The notes: generated by a model from the letters alone, not told the origin. Shown: positions 8,502-19,107, counted from the stretch's first letter. The stretch is 64,000 bases of DNA from an uncultured virus (IMG/VR IMGVR_UViG_3300025277_000014) (IMGVR_UViG_3300025277_000014); one strand, 5' to 3'. Numbers and translations: made by a program.

Positions 8502-10946
8502 TTAGTTATCAAAACGGACATTTTTCTGAACATCCACTCTTCTTGGACTTTTTTTACTCTTTTCAATCTCTTTTTGCTTAGTTAAGTTAACATTAGCCCG
8601 TAATTGAGCAATATCTTCCTGCGATTGTATCTTGTCTTGTGTTAATCTAGCATCTTGATCCAATTTATCCTGATCGATACCTATTTTAGCCTCATCGGCG
8701 CGAGTTTTTCGATCAATGTCCTGTTCACGAAGATTAATTTCTTGTTGTTTAAGGTCTATGAGTGGATCTTCTCCTAATACTTCCATCATTTCTTGTTCTT
8801 CTGTTACCATTTCCTCAATCATTGAAGCAATCTTCTCGGCTATCTGTTGTTCCATTGCTTCCTGGAACTGAATTTGCAGTTCTTGAGGTAATTGACCACC
8901 ATATTGTTGGGCTTGCTCTTGAATTGCTTGTGCATTTTCTTCTTCCACTTCCGCTCTAGCCTGTAAGCCCACATGTTCAACAATATGACCTTGTAAAATT
9001 GACATTACTTGAGGATTATTTTTAACTAAAATAGAAGACATGAACGCACGATGTGCATCAATATGAGCTAATTGGTTTTGTTGTCTAAATGCCAAAAGAG
9101 GCTCTCCTTTTAAGGAAGCTGCATTTTCTACTGCTGGATCTTTTGGTTGAGGCGGTTCAGGAACAGGTAAAATAGTATCAATGTCCTTTACTCCTAGTGC
9201 CTGATACATACGATGATAGGCTTCATACATATTATGAGCCTGAGGATCGGCTTGTGCTAATTGCAACTGTGTCTGTGCCAATGTCACACGCTGGGCCATG
9301 GAAAAAATATTTGGATCTGAAACAGGAATAATATCTATTTCATCACTAAAATCTTCTGCCTTTAAACTTGGAACCGCATCTTTTCCAACTTCATAGGGAT
9401 ACATTGGAGGAAGGGATTCTGCAAATATTTTTGCTAATAATTTAAATTCAATTTTTTGTGCATAATGTAGGCGCTTATGAATAGCTGACATAATACGAGC
9501 ACCTCGTTCCATGAGGGCCATTGTAGTTCCGACAGGTGCATTGGATGCAACACTGTCCCCGATCTTTTGATCAGCAACAGAAGCAAATCGTGTTCCCGCT
9601 TCTACAACGAAGCCTAATAAAGCAAATAAGGTTTGGCTTGGTTCTTTATAAGGTAAAGGTAGCAACCCTTGGCGAAGATCGCCCGAAGGGGCGTCTACAT
9701 CCCTGAATTCTCCTGGTTGGAGTGGATTGTCATCGTCTTTAATGCGCAGTCCTCGAGCTTTAAAACCCGCTGGGAGATTGGACAGCGTACCTGCATCGAT
9801 AAGTTGTCTAAGAGCTGACGTTGCGGTTCTTGATAAACCCCCGAGCATGTGGATAAGACCAAAACCGTAAAAGCTAAAGCCAGGTAAGAACTTATAATGA
9901 ACAAAATACTGTTTCTTTTTCTTCTTGGGATCTTCTTCATTGTAATTTCGGTAAATAGAAAGAACCTGTGCAGATCCCTCATCTAAGGTGACAATGTAAG
10001 GAACTTTAATTCCGTCTTCACTATCTATGCCTTCAATGTTTAAATCAACATGCATTTCCAATAATTGATAATCCTCTTTTTGATAGGATTTTTTCATTCC
10101 TGAAATCTGATCTTCTTTCTCCTGAACTCCTGTTTCCGTGGCGGATACCATGAGATCCACATCGCGGTACAGTCCCGCTACTTGTAATTTTCTTACTTCA
10201 TTTTTACTTCTACGAATAGTGTGAGTAACACGTTCGCATGACGGCAAGTCCGTTGCTAAGTAAGGAACATATAAATCATCTGAGGAAATAAATTTTGATA
10301 CAGCGCGTTCCAGTCCTTCATCATAATAGACTTTTTTAAATGCCGATCCTGACAAAGGTAAATAAAATAATAATGAATCCAGATCAGGATCATATTCTTC
10401 CATAACATGGGAAATTTGATAATTCATATAGTCCTTCACCCGTTGAGCCTGATCCTCTTTTTGAGTGGTAATGTGTCCTAGAATTTGTGTATTAACCGGT
10501 CCTCCTGGTGGCAATAATTCTTTATAGGCTTGCGCTTGGAATTGTGTAATGGCTTCAGACAGCATAGGGTGCGTGACACTGCTTGCTCCCGCAAAAGGCA
10601 TTGTTCGTTCCTGATATTTAAATCCTAAAAGATCCAGTCCCTTTTTGTAGGTGTCTTCCCAATCCTGTCGTGACGCCTTGTCGTCCTCAAAAGCTTCCCG
10701 CAGCTCGTTGGATATTCTTCCCAATTGGGACTCTTCCAGAACTTCAGCCAGATTCATATCAAAACTGGTTTCAATAGGTCTTTCCTGTTCTCCCACAATA
10801 GCGCTTCCATCATCCAACAATTCTATGTCAGGTCGCGTTCCATCCTCTACTTGCATTTCCACCATTTGCTGTATCGCTTGTTCCTGTTCTTCAGGAAATC
10901 CTGGTGGTGGGTTGGGAGTAAATCCAATAGGTCTGTCAATCGCCAT
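8502..10946 (-). CDS. Portal protein
   Basis: 814 aa; P22-like portal features (GSAFKKVYYD, FYGFGLIH, LRQLIDAGTLSNLP); coiled-coil C-terminus. Confidence 0.88.
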   Translation of the reverse strand: MAIDRPIGFTPNPPPGFPEEQEQAIQQMVEMQVEDGTRPDIELLDDGSAIVGEQERPIETSFDMNLAEVLEESQLGRISNELREAFEDDKASRQDWEDTYKKGLDLLGFKYQERTMPFAGASSVTHPMLSEAITQFQAQAYKELLPPGGPVNTQILGHITTQKEDQAQRVKDYMNYQISHVMEEYDPDLDSLLFYLPLSGSAFKKVYYDEGLERAVSKFISSDDLYVPYLATDLPSCERVTHTIRRSKNEVRKLQVAGLYRDVDLMVSATETGVQEKEDQISGMKKSYQKEDYQLLEMHVDLNIEGIDSEDGIKVPYIVTLDEGSAQVLSIYRNYNEEDPKKKKKQYFVHYKFLPGFSFYGFGLIHMLGGLSRTATSALRQLIDAGTLSNLPAGFKARGLRIKDDDNPLQPGEFRDVDAPSGDLRQGLLPLPYKEPSQTLFALLGFVVEAGTRFASVADQKIGDSVASNAPVGTTMALMERGARIMSAIHKRLHYAQKIEFKLLAKIFAESLPPMYPYEVGKDAVPSLKAEDFSDEIDIIPVSDPNIFSMAQRVTLAQTQLQLAQADPQAHNMYEAYHRMYQALGVKDIDTILPVPEPPQPKDPAVENAASLKGEPLLAFRQQNQLAHIDAHRAFMSSILVKNNPQVMSILQGHIVEHVGLQARAEVEEENAQAIQEQAQQYGGQLPQELQIQFQEAMEQQIAEKIASMIEEMVTEEQEMMEVLGEDPLIDLKQQEINLREQDIDRKTRADEAKIGIDQDKLDQDARLTQDKIQSQEDIAQLRANVNLTKQKEIEKSKKSPRRVDVQKNVRFDN

Positions 10947-13900
10947 TATGCTGCCTCAAATATATCAATTATCTCAGGAGTATACACCATGCCTCCATCT
11001 TTTCTATGAGTTTTATGTGGTAATAACATTTCCGGTGTCAACTTTATAGCAAAAGATTCAGTATATGTATCTGGTCCAGTTTTTACTTTTATTTTTTTTA
11101 CTTCTGAATTATTCTCTTTGGCCGCGCGTATTAATGCTTTTTCCAATACGGAAGTGTAATGTTTTGGCTCGGCCGCTTTTACTATGTAATCAGCTCCTCC
11201 TCCAAGTTCATGTGCATATTGTCTTGCCTCGTCTTTGGAAGCGAATTTTCCTTTTATCACTCTTCCATCGCGATCCACAATCTGCCACGTCTTTGGCGCC
11301 ACGGCGTTGGGACCGCCGTAAAACTCATCCATTCCTATTCCTTTCATGTCCTTTGTCCTTTGGGAAATCGGAACGGAAACGTCTCCTGCCTGACCGTAAC
11401 GATCTCTAATAAGTTTGCTTGGTGAAATGGCGTACCAGGTTGCCGCATCATCGGCCTTCTCGACAAACAATCTTTCCGCCGCCTGATACAAGTCGCGCTT
11501 GATGAGAGTTTCCCCCCACTCATTTCTGTCCTTGAACGGAACATTGGGTTGTAAGATCTTCATTGATTCTTCACTCAAGGACTTTTCTAATTCACCCAGC
11601 ATTTTTGTTTCCGTTACCCGTGCGGCCTCCGCTCGTTTCATCAGCTCCTTGGACGGCCACTTTCCTGCCGCCGCTAGCTCCGTGAAAATCTTCTGTGTCT
11701 TGGCGAACTCATCCATGAACATCTGCATCTCCTGCGCGGTCTGAAAGATCGGACGAAAGATAGTTTTGTTTTTAAGAAAATACTCAGCGACTTCGGGGTT
11801 CATGTTGTTGAAGCGTCCTTGATACCCTCTTGACTCTCTCAACATTTCCTGTTCCCTGAATATTTTATTCTTGTCTATGAGATCCCCCAAGGCCTCCTTG
11901 AACTTTTCCTCCATTCGCTTGGCGTTCTGCAAGACATCGGATTGAATCTCATCGGCGAATGTCACGCGGATCTCCTCCCCCTTTGACGCCTGTTTCATTT
12001 TATCCAGCTTGAATTTGTCGGCCGTCAGTTTGTCTTCAAACTGCTTTATTTGTTTGAGAAGGGGTTCGTCCAAAGCTTCCAGATCAAAGGTAAATTGATT
12101 AACAGTGTCTTTGATTTCCCTGCTGGTTAATTGATCTATAGGTCGTAGATCAATTTCTCCTTTTCTAAATAATTTACTGTAGGCCGACGCGTAGAGTCCA
12201 TTCACCTGACTTTGAACCTTATTCACATTTTTGGAAATAAGTTTCATCTGCTTAGGATCAATGGTCGTGGTAATTCCCTTTTCAACGGGAAGCTTCGCCA
12301 TGCGATCCGAGAGCCGCGACCAACCGATCACGTACCTCTCACTGAAACCATGAGTCGGTCCTTCAAATGTTGAAAGCTTTCCTGGATCCAGAGGAATGTG
12401 CTTAGGATCAAGATACAGAACGGATTCACGGTATGTTCCAGGAATCAATCCCGTCTCCATGTTTCCCCCGGCGTACTTCGCCTCCTTGTCTCCAAGCCAT
12501 CCGTAATTGACGGTTTCCACCTTACGCATCGGGGACTGGCGAATAATTTCCAGCATTTCATTCTTGATCAAAGGCGTTCCGTTCTTCTCCGCCATTGCAA
12601 CGTAGCGCGATAAAATATTGTCCTCCAGTTCCGGTTTGGAAATTCCACGCGTGTGTAAAAACTTAAACAATTCGTCGACTGTCGCAAAACTCTCCGGCGT
12701 GTTGGGATCCATCATCTTCGCTTCCACATTGGAATAGAACACTGACTCCGCCGCCTCGGGCGAATCCGAAATAGGCTTCAAGGGCTTTTTCTTCACTGCC
12801 GTGGTTGTGGTTGCTATATCCTCGACAACCTCCTCCACAGGCTTTTTAGCTGTTAAGCCCAGTTTCTCGGTGATTGTCCTGAGAATACCTTGTTCATTTT
12901 TAGTTAAATTCTGTGCGAGGATCTTGGCCTTTTCCACACCGCCCACGGCCCAGATAGGAACTTTTCCTAAAAGATTGGCCACTTCCACTTCTTCATAGCC
13001 CGCGTCCTTCGCCGCTTGAAAAACGTCCCTTTTACTTGGAATACTTGGAATCTTTTTAGTTTCCTCAAACAAGTCCAAGTCCTGAGGTAATTCAAATGGA
13101 CTAAGATCCAAATCCAATTCCTTTAAATCAAAATAAGGGTCATCCCCCGCAACCCCTGAACTCAATTCCTCGGGATCCCCTCCGTAAGCCAGACCAGGTG
13201 GTGGGCCAACAGCAGGTGTTGTGTCTTCACTGTACAGTACAATATCTTCCTTATCCGCCCATCCCTTGATGATCTCGTCCACATCTCCAGTTGGTTCTAT
13301 TGTTTGAGGACCTTCATGACTTTTGGAAGAAATCTCTGCTATATGGTCTGCCATTTTTTCTAATTCTTCTTCATTAATATTTGCTGTTGACGCCAATGTA
13401 TGTATCACATTAGCTCTCATTGGGTGTTTTGGATTTGTAAAGAAATTAAGCATTCCTTTTACACCGTATCCTTGAACTAACCATAAAGGCTCCAGAACTG
13501 GCAAGAACTCCGTAAGAAACTCCGTTGAAACGTGAAGCATTTTTTTCCAGGGAAGCTCTGTAACTTTAGATTTAAGACGAATGTCTTTAAAATCCTCGCT
13601 GGTCAATGCTCCTCCCATCCCTTCATTCATTTCAGCGACCTCTGCTTGTACAATCTCGTCCGTTGTCATGCCTTCCTTATATTTGTCGCTTCTTTCTCTA
13701 AAATGCTGTGCCGTATGACCAAATAGGGCTTCTGAAATATTCAAAAGCAATCGGGGAGAGGCTTGTGCGTAGGCGGATGCTTTCTGAACAGTAGATGATT
13801 CAGGGTCTTCGATAATTGCATCAAGCTCCGCAAATGTTCCTGGATCCCAGTCTTCTCCTGCTATTTTTTTAACAGGATTGGCTAGGCCTTCAAACACATT

Positions 13901-14101
13901 AGCAATACCTGTAGCAACACCGCCCTCCAATGTTTGTCGCGTTTTTTTGGCGTTTTGGTGTTTTTCCCAATCCGTCAACTCTCTTTGTCCCCAGAACTCG
14001 GGTTTTACACGAATGTCCTTTTTCAGCCATTCATTAATTTTTCCCAGTACGCCTGGTTCTTCCGTAATCTGTTCCTCAAAAATATCTACATCATCCGCCA
14101 T
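10946..14101 (-). CDS. Large putative ejected/internal virion protein
   Basis: 1051 aa; FYS...GISKPEL, YRESVL and DEIQSD motifs seen in large phage polyvalent-type proteins; DIFE and KDGG motifs. Confidence 0.6.
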   Translation of the reverse strand: MADDVDIFEEQITEEPGVLGKINEWLKKDIRVKPEFWGQRELTDWEKHQNAKKTRQTLEGGVATGIANVFEGLANPVKKIAGEDWDPGTFAELDAIIEDPESSTVQKASAYAQASPRLLLNISEALFGHTAQHFRERSDKYKEGMTTDEIVQAEVAEMNEGMGGALTSEDFKDIRLKSKVTELPWKKMLHVSTEFLTEFLPVLEPLWLVQGYGVKGMLNFFTNPKHPMRANVIHTLASTANINEEELEKMADHIAEISSKSHEGPQTIEPTGDVDEIIKGWADKEDIVLYSEDTTPAVGPPPGLAYGGDPEELSSGVAGDDPYFDLKELDLDLSPFELPQDLDLFEETKKIPSIPSKRDVFQAAKDAGYEEVEVANLLGKVPIWAVGGVEKAKILAQNLTKNEQGILRTITEKLGLTAKKPVEEVVEDIATTTTAVKKKPLKPISDSPEAAESVFYSNVEAKMMDPNTPESFATVDELFKFLHTRGISKPELEDNILSRYVAMAEKNGTPLIKNEMLEIIRQSPMRKVETVNYGWLGDKEAKYAGGNMETGLIPGTYRESVLYLDPKHIPLDPGKLSTFEGPTHGFSERYVIGWSRLSDRMAKLPVEKGITTTIDPKQMKLISKNVNKVQSQVNGLYASAYSKLFRKGEIDLRPIDQLTSREIKDTVNQFTFDLEALDEPLLKQIKQFEDKLTADKFKLDKMKQASKGEEIRVTFADEIQSDVLQNAKRMEEKFKEALGDLIDKNKIFREQEMLRESRGYQGRFNNMNPEVAEYFLKNKTIFRPIFQTAQEMQMFMDEFAKTQKIFTELAAAGKWPSKELMKRAEAARVTETKMLGELEKSLSEESMKILQPNVPFKDRNEWGETLIKRDLYQAAERLFVEKADDAATWYAISPSKLIRDRYGQAGDVSVPISQRTKDMKGIGMDEFYGGPNAVAPKTWQIVDRDGRVIKGKFASKDEARQYAHELGGGADYIVKAAEPKHYTSVLEKALIRAAKENNSEVKKIKVKTGPDTYTESFAIKLTPEMLLPHKTHRKDGGMVYTPEIIDIFEAA

Positions 14102-15740
14102 TATTATATCCTATCACTTCTTCAATCGAAGCGAAACCCCCATCTGCGTATTCAAATAATTGTTTAGCTATGTCTGGAGGTAACTCTCCACCAGCGGCAT
14201 CAATGAAAGGTTGGTACATCTGACCGACTTCTTCCGCTGTTTTTTCTAGTGATTTTCCAGCGCTAGGCAGATTCTTCTCATATACAATGAAATCAGTTTC
14301 AATGAGTTTTTTAGTAGTATCATCTAATTGCAAATAATCTATCAAGCGTACATTAGAGGCTGTATTGTCCCCTGTCTTGACTACAACGTGAGGCATTCCA
14401 ATTCCAAAATCTGTGTTTGGATTTGTTTTTTTAAAATTATTAACAATAGTTTGTATGTCCTGTTTTATATCCAGTGCTTCTCTGTACTTTTTATTTATTA
14501 CTAAGTTAATCATTTTTTCATTAAGTTTAAAAACCTCGTCTTCCATAGCACTTTTATTTTTCACTGCGGCGTTCACTGGTGTCATACCAGGTGCGAGTGT
14601 TTCCCCCTTATGGGATCCTTTTATAATCAGTCGTAAATTAGGTTTCTGATTTGTTCCACCAAAACGAATAGGTGTAATATGATCAATATCAAACCCTCCT
14701 GCTACATTTTTCTTAATAGGCTCTAAAAAATCACTTATTATAGGATCACGGTATATGGAAGATTTAGCGGAATTCCATGTTCCATCAAGATCCAGTAATT
14801 GGGTTTTTGCGTGCTTTAAGGCCAATCCCGTTGTCCTGTCCCCTATGGCAGTTTGTTCCCAAGCAGCTTTATTGGATTGTATGCCTCCTCTGGTTATATC
14901 TTTTTGTACACCACTTGCACCATAGCGCAGGGTGGTGGGAAGATGCTCTAGTTTTATATTGCTTCCTTGAAAGTCAAGCATTAGTTGCGCCAAATCTCTA
15001 TCAGTCTGATATTTATTACTGCCTCCCGTCCCCTTAAAGGTACCGGGAAATATTTGTTTATATTCATTTGCAAATGCTCTACTAAACTCCTGGTCACTCC
15101 ATTTATAATTTTCTGGTTGTAAAGCTTTGGTATTTTCCAAAATTTCAAGAATCTTTCTTTTTGTGTGTAGGGAAGGTATTTTCATTACATACCCCGTATC
15201 TGGATCTATTCGTTCGGGCGTCAACGCCTTTATAATTTCTTTATTATCTTGAGTTGTACTTTTAACTTTAAACTCTTGTGAAAGTATACCGCTCTGAGGT
15301 TGAGTTTTAATCCAGTCCTTGTATTTTATGCCAGCAGCATTTTCTACGCTCTTCCAATTATGACCAACATAACCGAGCTCATTGGCCACCGCTTCTTTTG
15401 TTTTTTGACCGGAAGCTATTAACTCAAACTGTTCCAGTAAATGTTTTTGTTTATCTTCAACACTTAAAGCGTGCCAGGGTTCTCTTTTCTTTGGATCAAC
15501 CTTGGCTTTGGCTCTTTGATACTTTTCTTGTGCAGGTGTCTTAATGATTTTTTCTTCAAAGATATCTACAATATCTTCCGTAGCGGGTTTTGTTTCAACC
15601 TTGGTTTTCGCCGGTAATTTTTCCACAGTGGAAGGCTTTTTTTTAAATCCTTTAATTAAATCTATTAAAGCATCCAGGCCATGTTTTGCAACCGGAGCAA
15701 CGGCTTCAACATATTTTAGTAAGGGGTATGGGTTTCCCAT
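14091..15740 (-). CDS. Putative internal protein with an HNH nuclease motif
   Basis: DIDHITPIRFGGTNQKPNLRLI matches HNH DH-x-x-P-x3-GG-x6-NL pattern; YADGG near C-terminus. Confidence 0.65.
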   Translation of the reverse strand: MGNPYPLLKYVEAVAPVAKHGLDALIDLIKGFKKKPSTVEKLPAKTKVETKPATEDIVDIFEEKIIKTPAQEKYQRAKAKVDPKKREPWHALSVEDKQKHLLEQFELIASGQKTKEAVANELGYVGHNWKSVENAAGIKYKDWIKTQPQSGILSQEFKVKSTTQDNKEIIKALTPERIDPDTGYVMKIPSLHTKRKILEILENTKALQPENYKWSDQEFSRAFANEYKQIFPGTFKGTGGSNKYQTDRDLAQLMLDFQGSNIKLEHLPTTLRYGASGVQKDITRGGIQSNKAAWEQTAIGDRTTGLALKHAKTQLLDLDGTWNSAKSSIYRDPIISDFLEPIKKNVAGGFDIDHITPIRFGGTNQKPNLRLIIKGSHKGETLAPGMTPVNAAVKNKSAMEDEVFKLNEKMINLVINKKYREALDIKQDIQTIVNNFKKTNPNTDFGIGMPHVVVKTGDNTASNVRLIDYLQLDDTTKKLIETDFIVYEKNLPSAGKSLEKTAEEVGQMYQPFIDAAGGELPPDIAKQLFEYADGGFASIEEVIGYNNGG

Positions 15741-17182
15741 TAGTAATACTGTCTTGGTTCGATATACATCGGCTCATCCTTGTAGTCGGATTCGAGTTGA
15801 ACAAAATTTCCCTGACGGAAGCGCAGGAGAGCCTGCGTGGTTGAATCCACTAAATCATCATGCTCACCATAAGGGAAAGCGGCGCATTCTTCAATCACTT
15901 CCTCCGCCCACCTCTCGTCCGGACACCATATGTGCCCCGCCTCGAAAAGGGGAGCGACCGAGTTGACGCGGACATGCTTGTCCTGTCCCTTGCTCGGCGT
16001 ATAGGTCACAACGGGTATGCCCACCTGGCGCAGCTCGTGCGTCAATGGCAGTCCGCTGGCCTTGGCCTCAATCAGAATTGTTTCGGGTTCCCAGTACTTG
16101 TACTGTTCCAGCGCGATCCTTTTCAGTTCGGGAAAATCCCACCTTCCCTTTCGCATCGCCACCAGGATCAGGTGAGGCGGTCCGTGCTCCACGGGACGGA
16201 AAACACCCCACGTGGTAATGGCACTAAAGTCCGCCGTTTCCTTTTTCGAATAGGCTGTATCCAGGCTCTGGATGACATGCACCAAATCGGGAATCTTCTC
16301 CCTTGTCCACATCTTCCACCATTCCCGCTTGATGATTGATCCTTCCTCACTCGTCGGAGCCTGCTGCCACTGGGCTTGCCACTTCTGCTCGGACAGGGAC
16401 GCTTTCACGCCTTCCAGTTCCTTCAGATTCCAGTACTCAGGCCACATCGGCTTGTCATTAAGGATGGCCGGAAACTCCACAATCTCCCACTGATCCGCCT
16501 TCGGCTCGCTCTGGGCTTTGAGAAGCATTCCCGTCAAATCCTTCATGCTCCATCTCGTCATGACAATAACGATGGCACCACCAGGCTGAAGCCTCTGCCT
16601 CGGTCCTGAGGTATACCATTCCCATGCGTTGTCCAAAGCTGTCTCAGAAAGGGCATCCTGCTCGGAGTGGGGATCATCAATGACCAGCAAATCGGCTCCA
16701 CGACCGGTGATCGCGCCCCCCGTTCCCGCAGCGAAGTACTCCCCGCCCTTGTTTGTCTCCCAACGGCCCGCGGCCTTGGAATCCTGTGATAAAGTCACAC
16801 CAGGGAAAACATCCTTAAAATCCTGTTGCTCAAAAAGATTACGCACTTTTCTACCAAATCGATAGGAAAGCTCTGCGGTATGGGTAGTTTGAATAATTTT
16901 TAATTTAGGGTTCAGCCCCATCATCCAACCAGGAAACAAATTAGAAGCAAACTCTGATTTGGTATGTCTAGGAGGCATATTAACAATTAAGCGTTTAATC
17001 TCTCCACGTGAAACAGCTTCAAGTTTTTTTGCAATAACACGATGATGTGAACCTACAATAAATTCAGGCCATACTTTTTTTACAAAAGTTAAGAAGGAGG
17101 AACGGGACTCCTTAGCCACTTTTAGTTGAAGATTCCTTAATTCATATTTTAATAAGTCAGTTGGAATTGTTTTTGAAATCAT
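15740..17182 (-). CDS. terL: Terminase large subunit
   Basis: NMPPRHTKS Walker A, LLVIDDP Walker B, SLDTAYS and HDDLVD RNase H-like nuclease motifs. Confidence 0.93.
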   Translation of the reverse strand: MISKTIPTDLLKYELRNLQLKVAKESRSSFLTFVKKVWPEFIVGSHHRVIAKKLEAVSRGEIKRLIVNMPPRHTKSEFASNLFPGWMMGLNPKLKIIQTTHTAELSYRFGRKVRNLFEQQDFKDVFPGVTLSQDSKAAGRWETNKGGEYFAAGTGGAITGRGADLLVIDDPHSEQDALSETALDNAWEWYTSGPRQRLQPGGAIVIVMTRWSMKDLTGMLLKAQSEPKADQWEIVEFPAILNDKPMWPEYWNLKELEGVKASLSEQKWQAQWQQAPTSEEGSIIKREWWKMWTREKIPDLVHVIQSLDTAYSKKETADFSAITTWGVFRPVEHGPPHLILVAMRKGRWDFPELKRIALEQYKYWEPETILIEAKASGLPLTHELRQVGIPVVTYTPSKGQDKHVRVNSVAPLFEAGHIWCPDERWAEEVIEECAAFPYGEHDDLVDSTTQALLRFRQGNFVQLESDYKDEPMYIEPRQYY

Positions 17183-17358
17183 AAAAAAGTTATAACATAA
17201 TCTCTGTTCGTGTAAAACTCTCCACTAAAGGGAAACTCTCGAGCGACCAGCTGCATTTAGGGGGTGTAGGGGTGTTAACATACTGTATTTGGTGTTTGAA
17301 GTCGATCGTAAGTACCTAAAGCTCTGGAGGAAGCAGGCGGAGTTGCCTGTTCAGGCAT

Positions 17359-17384
17359 AAAAAAAGGGCGGATAAACCGCCCTT
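17359..17384 (-). terminator. Intrinsic terminator
   Basis: AAGGGCGG/CCGCCCTT stem with a T-run on the minus strand. Confidence 0.8.
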
Positions 17385-17405
17385 CTGCCAGTCCCCTAGA
17401 GGAAA

Positions 17406-17573
17406 CTATTCAGTATCGTGTACAAATTCATAGGACTTGATCCAACAAATAGATAAAATTATCAACACTACATCATTAAGTAGTGTGTATTTCATAAAGT
17501 TATAGTCGGTTAATAGGAAAGCGATCATTAAAGAGCAAACCATTAACATAATCATTTTAATATGTTTATTCAT
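17406..17573 (-). CDS. 55-aa two-helix membrane protein
   Basis: MNKHIKMIMLMVCSLMIAFLLTDYNFMKYTLLNDVVLIILSICWIK...; ATGA overlap with upstream stop. Confidence 0.6.
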   Translation of the reverse strand: MNKHIKMIMLMVCSLMIAFLLTDYNFMKYTLLNDVVLIILSICWIKSYEFVHDTE

Positions 17574-17851
17574 CTGTTTTGAAACTCCCTCATCTTAGCT
17601 TGACCATTAGCAATTAAATTCTCTGCCCAAGCCTTAACCTCTGCACTTGCATTGGGGTTAAGTATTAATTCCTCAACCTCTGACTCTAACCATTTATAGA
17701 GTGCTTTCCAATTCAAATTAATAGTAATACTTTCTTGTTGGTTATCAACATCAGTATTATTAGGATTAGTTGGTTGAGTGTTTTGTCTTAAACCGATTGT
17801 CTGATTTAAAACTGTTAGTCTATTTTGTAAGTCATTATTATTATCTGGCAT
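17570..17851 (-). CDS. Early hypothetical protein
   Basis: Own promoter and GAGG RBS. Confidence 0.75.
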   Translation of the reverse strand: MPDNNNDLQNRLTVLNQTIGLRQNTQPTNPNNTDVDNQQESITINLNWKALYKWLESEVEELILNPNASAEVKAWAENLIANGQAKMREFQNR

Positions 17852-17875
17852 TTATGACCTCTCTTTCTATCTACC

Positions 17876-17904
17876 TTATTAATCCCATTACATTTGATAG
17901 TCAA
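17876..17904 (-). promoter_or_regulatory. Sigma70-type early promoter
   Basis: TTGACT-N17-TAATAA with TGGGA in the spacer. Confidence 0.65.
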
Positions 17905-17959
17905 ACTTTAATTTATCTTTTTTCTTTTTATTTTTTTACTTGACAAAAGTCAGAACGCC

Positions 17960-18176
17960 GTGCGGGGAACTTTACTATACTATAGTACTCCAAGTTTCTT
18001 GGGTGACAATGGAATGGAGGTCAGCTGCTGCCAGCTGCGCGGGAACACTACTACTATAAAGCAAGGAATTCCCTGGTTTCAATGGAATGGAGGAACACAA
18101 TCTTCCACACCCCCTGGGGAAGCCTTAACTATACTAATACCCACTTCCAAGTTTCTTGATCGACAATGCAATGGAC
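17960..18176. repeat. Dual-motif repeat block 1 (3 units)
   Basis: ACTATACTA-like at 17974, 18047, 18128; CAATG(G/C)AATGGA at 18007, 18080, 18164. Confidence 0.9.
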
Positions 18177-18178
18177 AT

Positions 18179-18210
18179 AAAAAAAGGGCAAAGTTTCCTT
18201 TGCCCTTTTT
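18179..18210 (-). terminator. Intrinsic terminator (possibly bidirectional)
   Basis: AAAAAGGGCAAAG/CTTTGCCCTTTTT inverted repeat. Confidence 0.85.
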
Positions 18211-18225
18211 CACCAGAAAATAATA

Positions 18226-18639
18226 TTAAACAGCTAATTGAAAATCAGATAATTCTCTAGTTGAGTAACGACCAGAATCTATAGCCACTCGCTTGTCATC
18301 TATTGCCATAGCTTGAATAGTTTTATATTGTGTTGGAACTTTGCATTTGTGGTATTCCAACTCGCCAAGTTTTTCTTTTACTAAAGCAGTATCAATCTTT
18401 GCACCAATCTTTTGAGAGATATGTAAAGAGTAATCTTTGCCATGTAAGAGGTTGGCGTTTTCGCTGATACCCATATCAATTAATAATTGACGATTTACTT
18501 TTAAGAAGTCAGCGATGATCTTTTGCATTATTAACGCTCTGCCATAAGCGTCTGCAATTTGCATTTTAGCTTTCTTGCTCATATTCTTACCTTGATGAGC
18601 TTTTTCTAAAACACTTAATATATTAACAGCTTTTGTCAT
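18226..18639 (-). CDS. Early hypothetical protein
   Basis: 137 aa with own promoter, AAGGA RBS and terminator. Confidence 0.78.
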   Translation of the reverse strand: MTKAVNILSVLEKAHQGKNMSKKAKMQIADAYGRALIMQKIIADFLKVNRQLLIDMGISENANLLHGKDYSLHISQKIGAKIDTALVKEKLGELEYHKCKVPTQYKTIQAMAIDDKRVAIDSGRYSTRELSDFQLAV

Positions 18640-18674
18640 TTGTTATCCTTTCGACTTTCTAGTTAATTATATCC

Positions 18675-18703
18675 CTTATATATTATCCCACTTCATTTGT
18701 CAA
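18675..18703 (-). promoter_or_regulatory. Sigma70-type early promoter
   Basis: TTGACA-N17-TATAAG, AT-rich UP-like tract, TGGGA in spacer. Confidence 0.8.
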
Positions 18704-18739
18704 TAAAATAATTTATTTATTTTTCCAACCGACCTTCCA

Positions 18740-19038
18740 CTCACCTGCTGGGCTTCGGTATACTATACTAGACGAGGAAATTCACCGAGTTCCAATGGAA
18801 TGGAGGTAGCTGCGCCCGGGGAAGCACAGTCATCACGCAAATAAGGGCGGAAATCCACGAATGTAGCTGATGGAGATGTTCTCTTCATGCCTGGTCGGCG
18901 AAGACTCACCATACTAAAGGGCAGAAAACAACGAAACGTGGTCAATGGAATGGAGCGACTGAAGTGCCGGTTCCCGTGGGCCCATCCTAAACTATACTAT
19001 AGACAGGGGAAATTCGCCCGATGTACAATGGAATGGAG
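18740..19038. repeat. Dual-motif repeat block 2 (4 units, one degenerate)
   Basis: AC(T/C)ATACTA at 18762, 18908, 18991; CAATGGAATGGAG at 18793, 18943, 19026; degenerate ATGGAG at 18870. Confidence 0.9.
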
Positions 19039-19048
19039 ATATTCTCTT

Positions 19049-19087
19049 TATGCGTGATCCCGTAAATACTTTTCGGGATCACGCATA
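19049..19087. terminator. Perfect 14-bp hairpin, probable terminator
   Basis: TATGCGTGATCCCG / CGGGATCACGCATA with 11-nt loop, downstream of 19108 ORF. Confidence 0.6.
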
Positions 19088-19107
19088 GGAAATAGTTTAC
19101 TATGCAG

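Noticed and set aside
17259..17275. G-rich tract upstream of terL as a G-quadruplex or terminus signal
   Set aside because: Only two G-runs; too little evidence to call.
17974..19037. Repeat units as tandem sigma70 promoters (TTG...TATAGT on the minus strand)
   Set aside because: Spacing between the putative -35 and -10 varies (18, 19 and over 20 nt in the units checked), and better promoters lie just downstream of each block.
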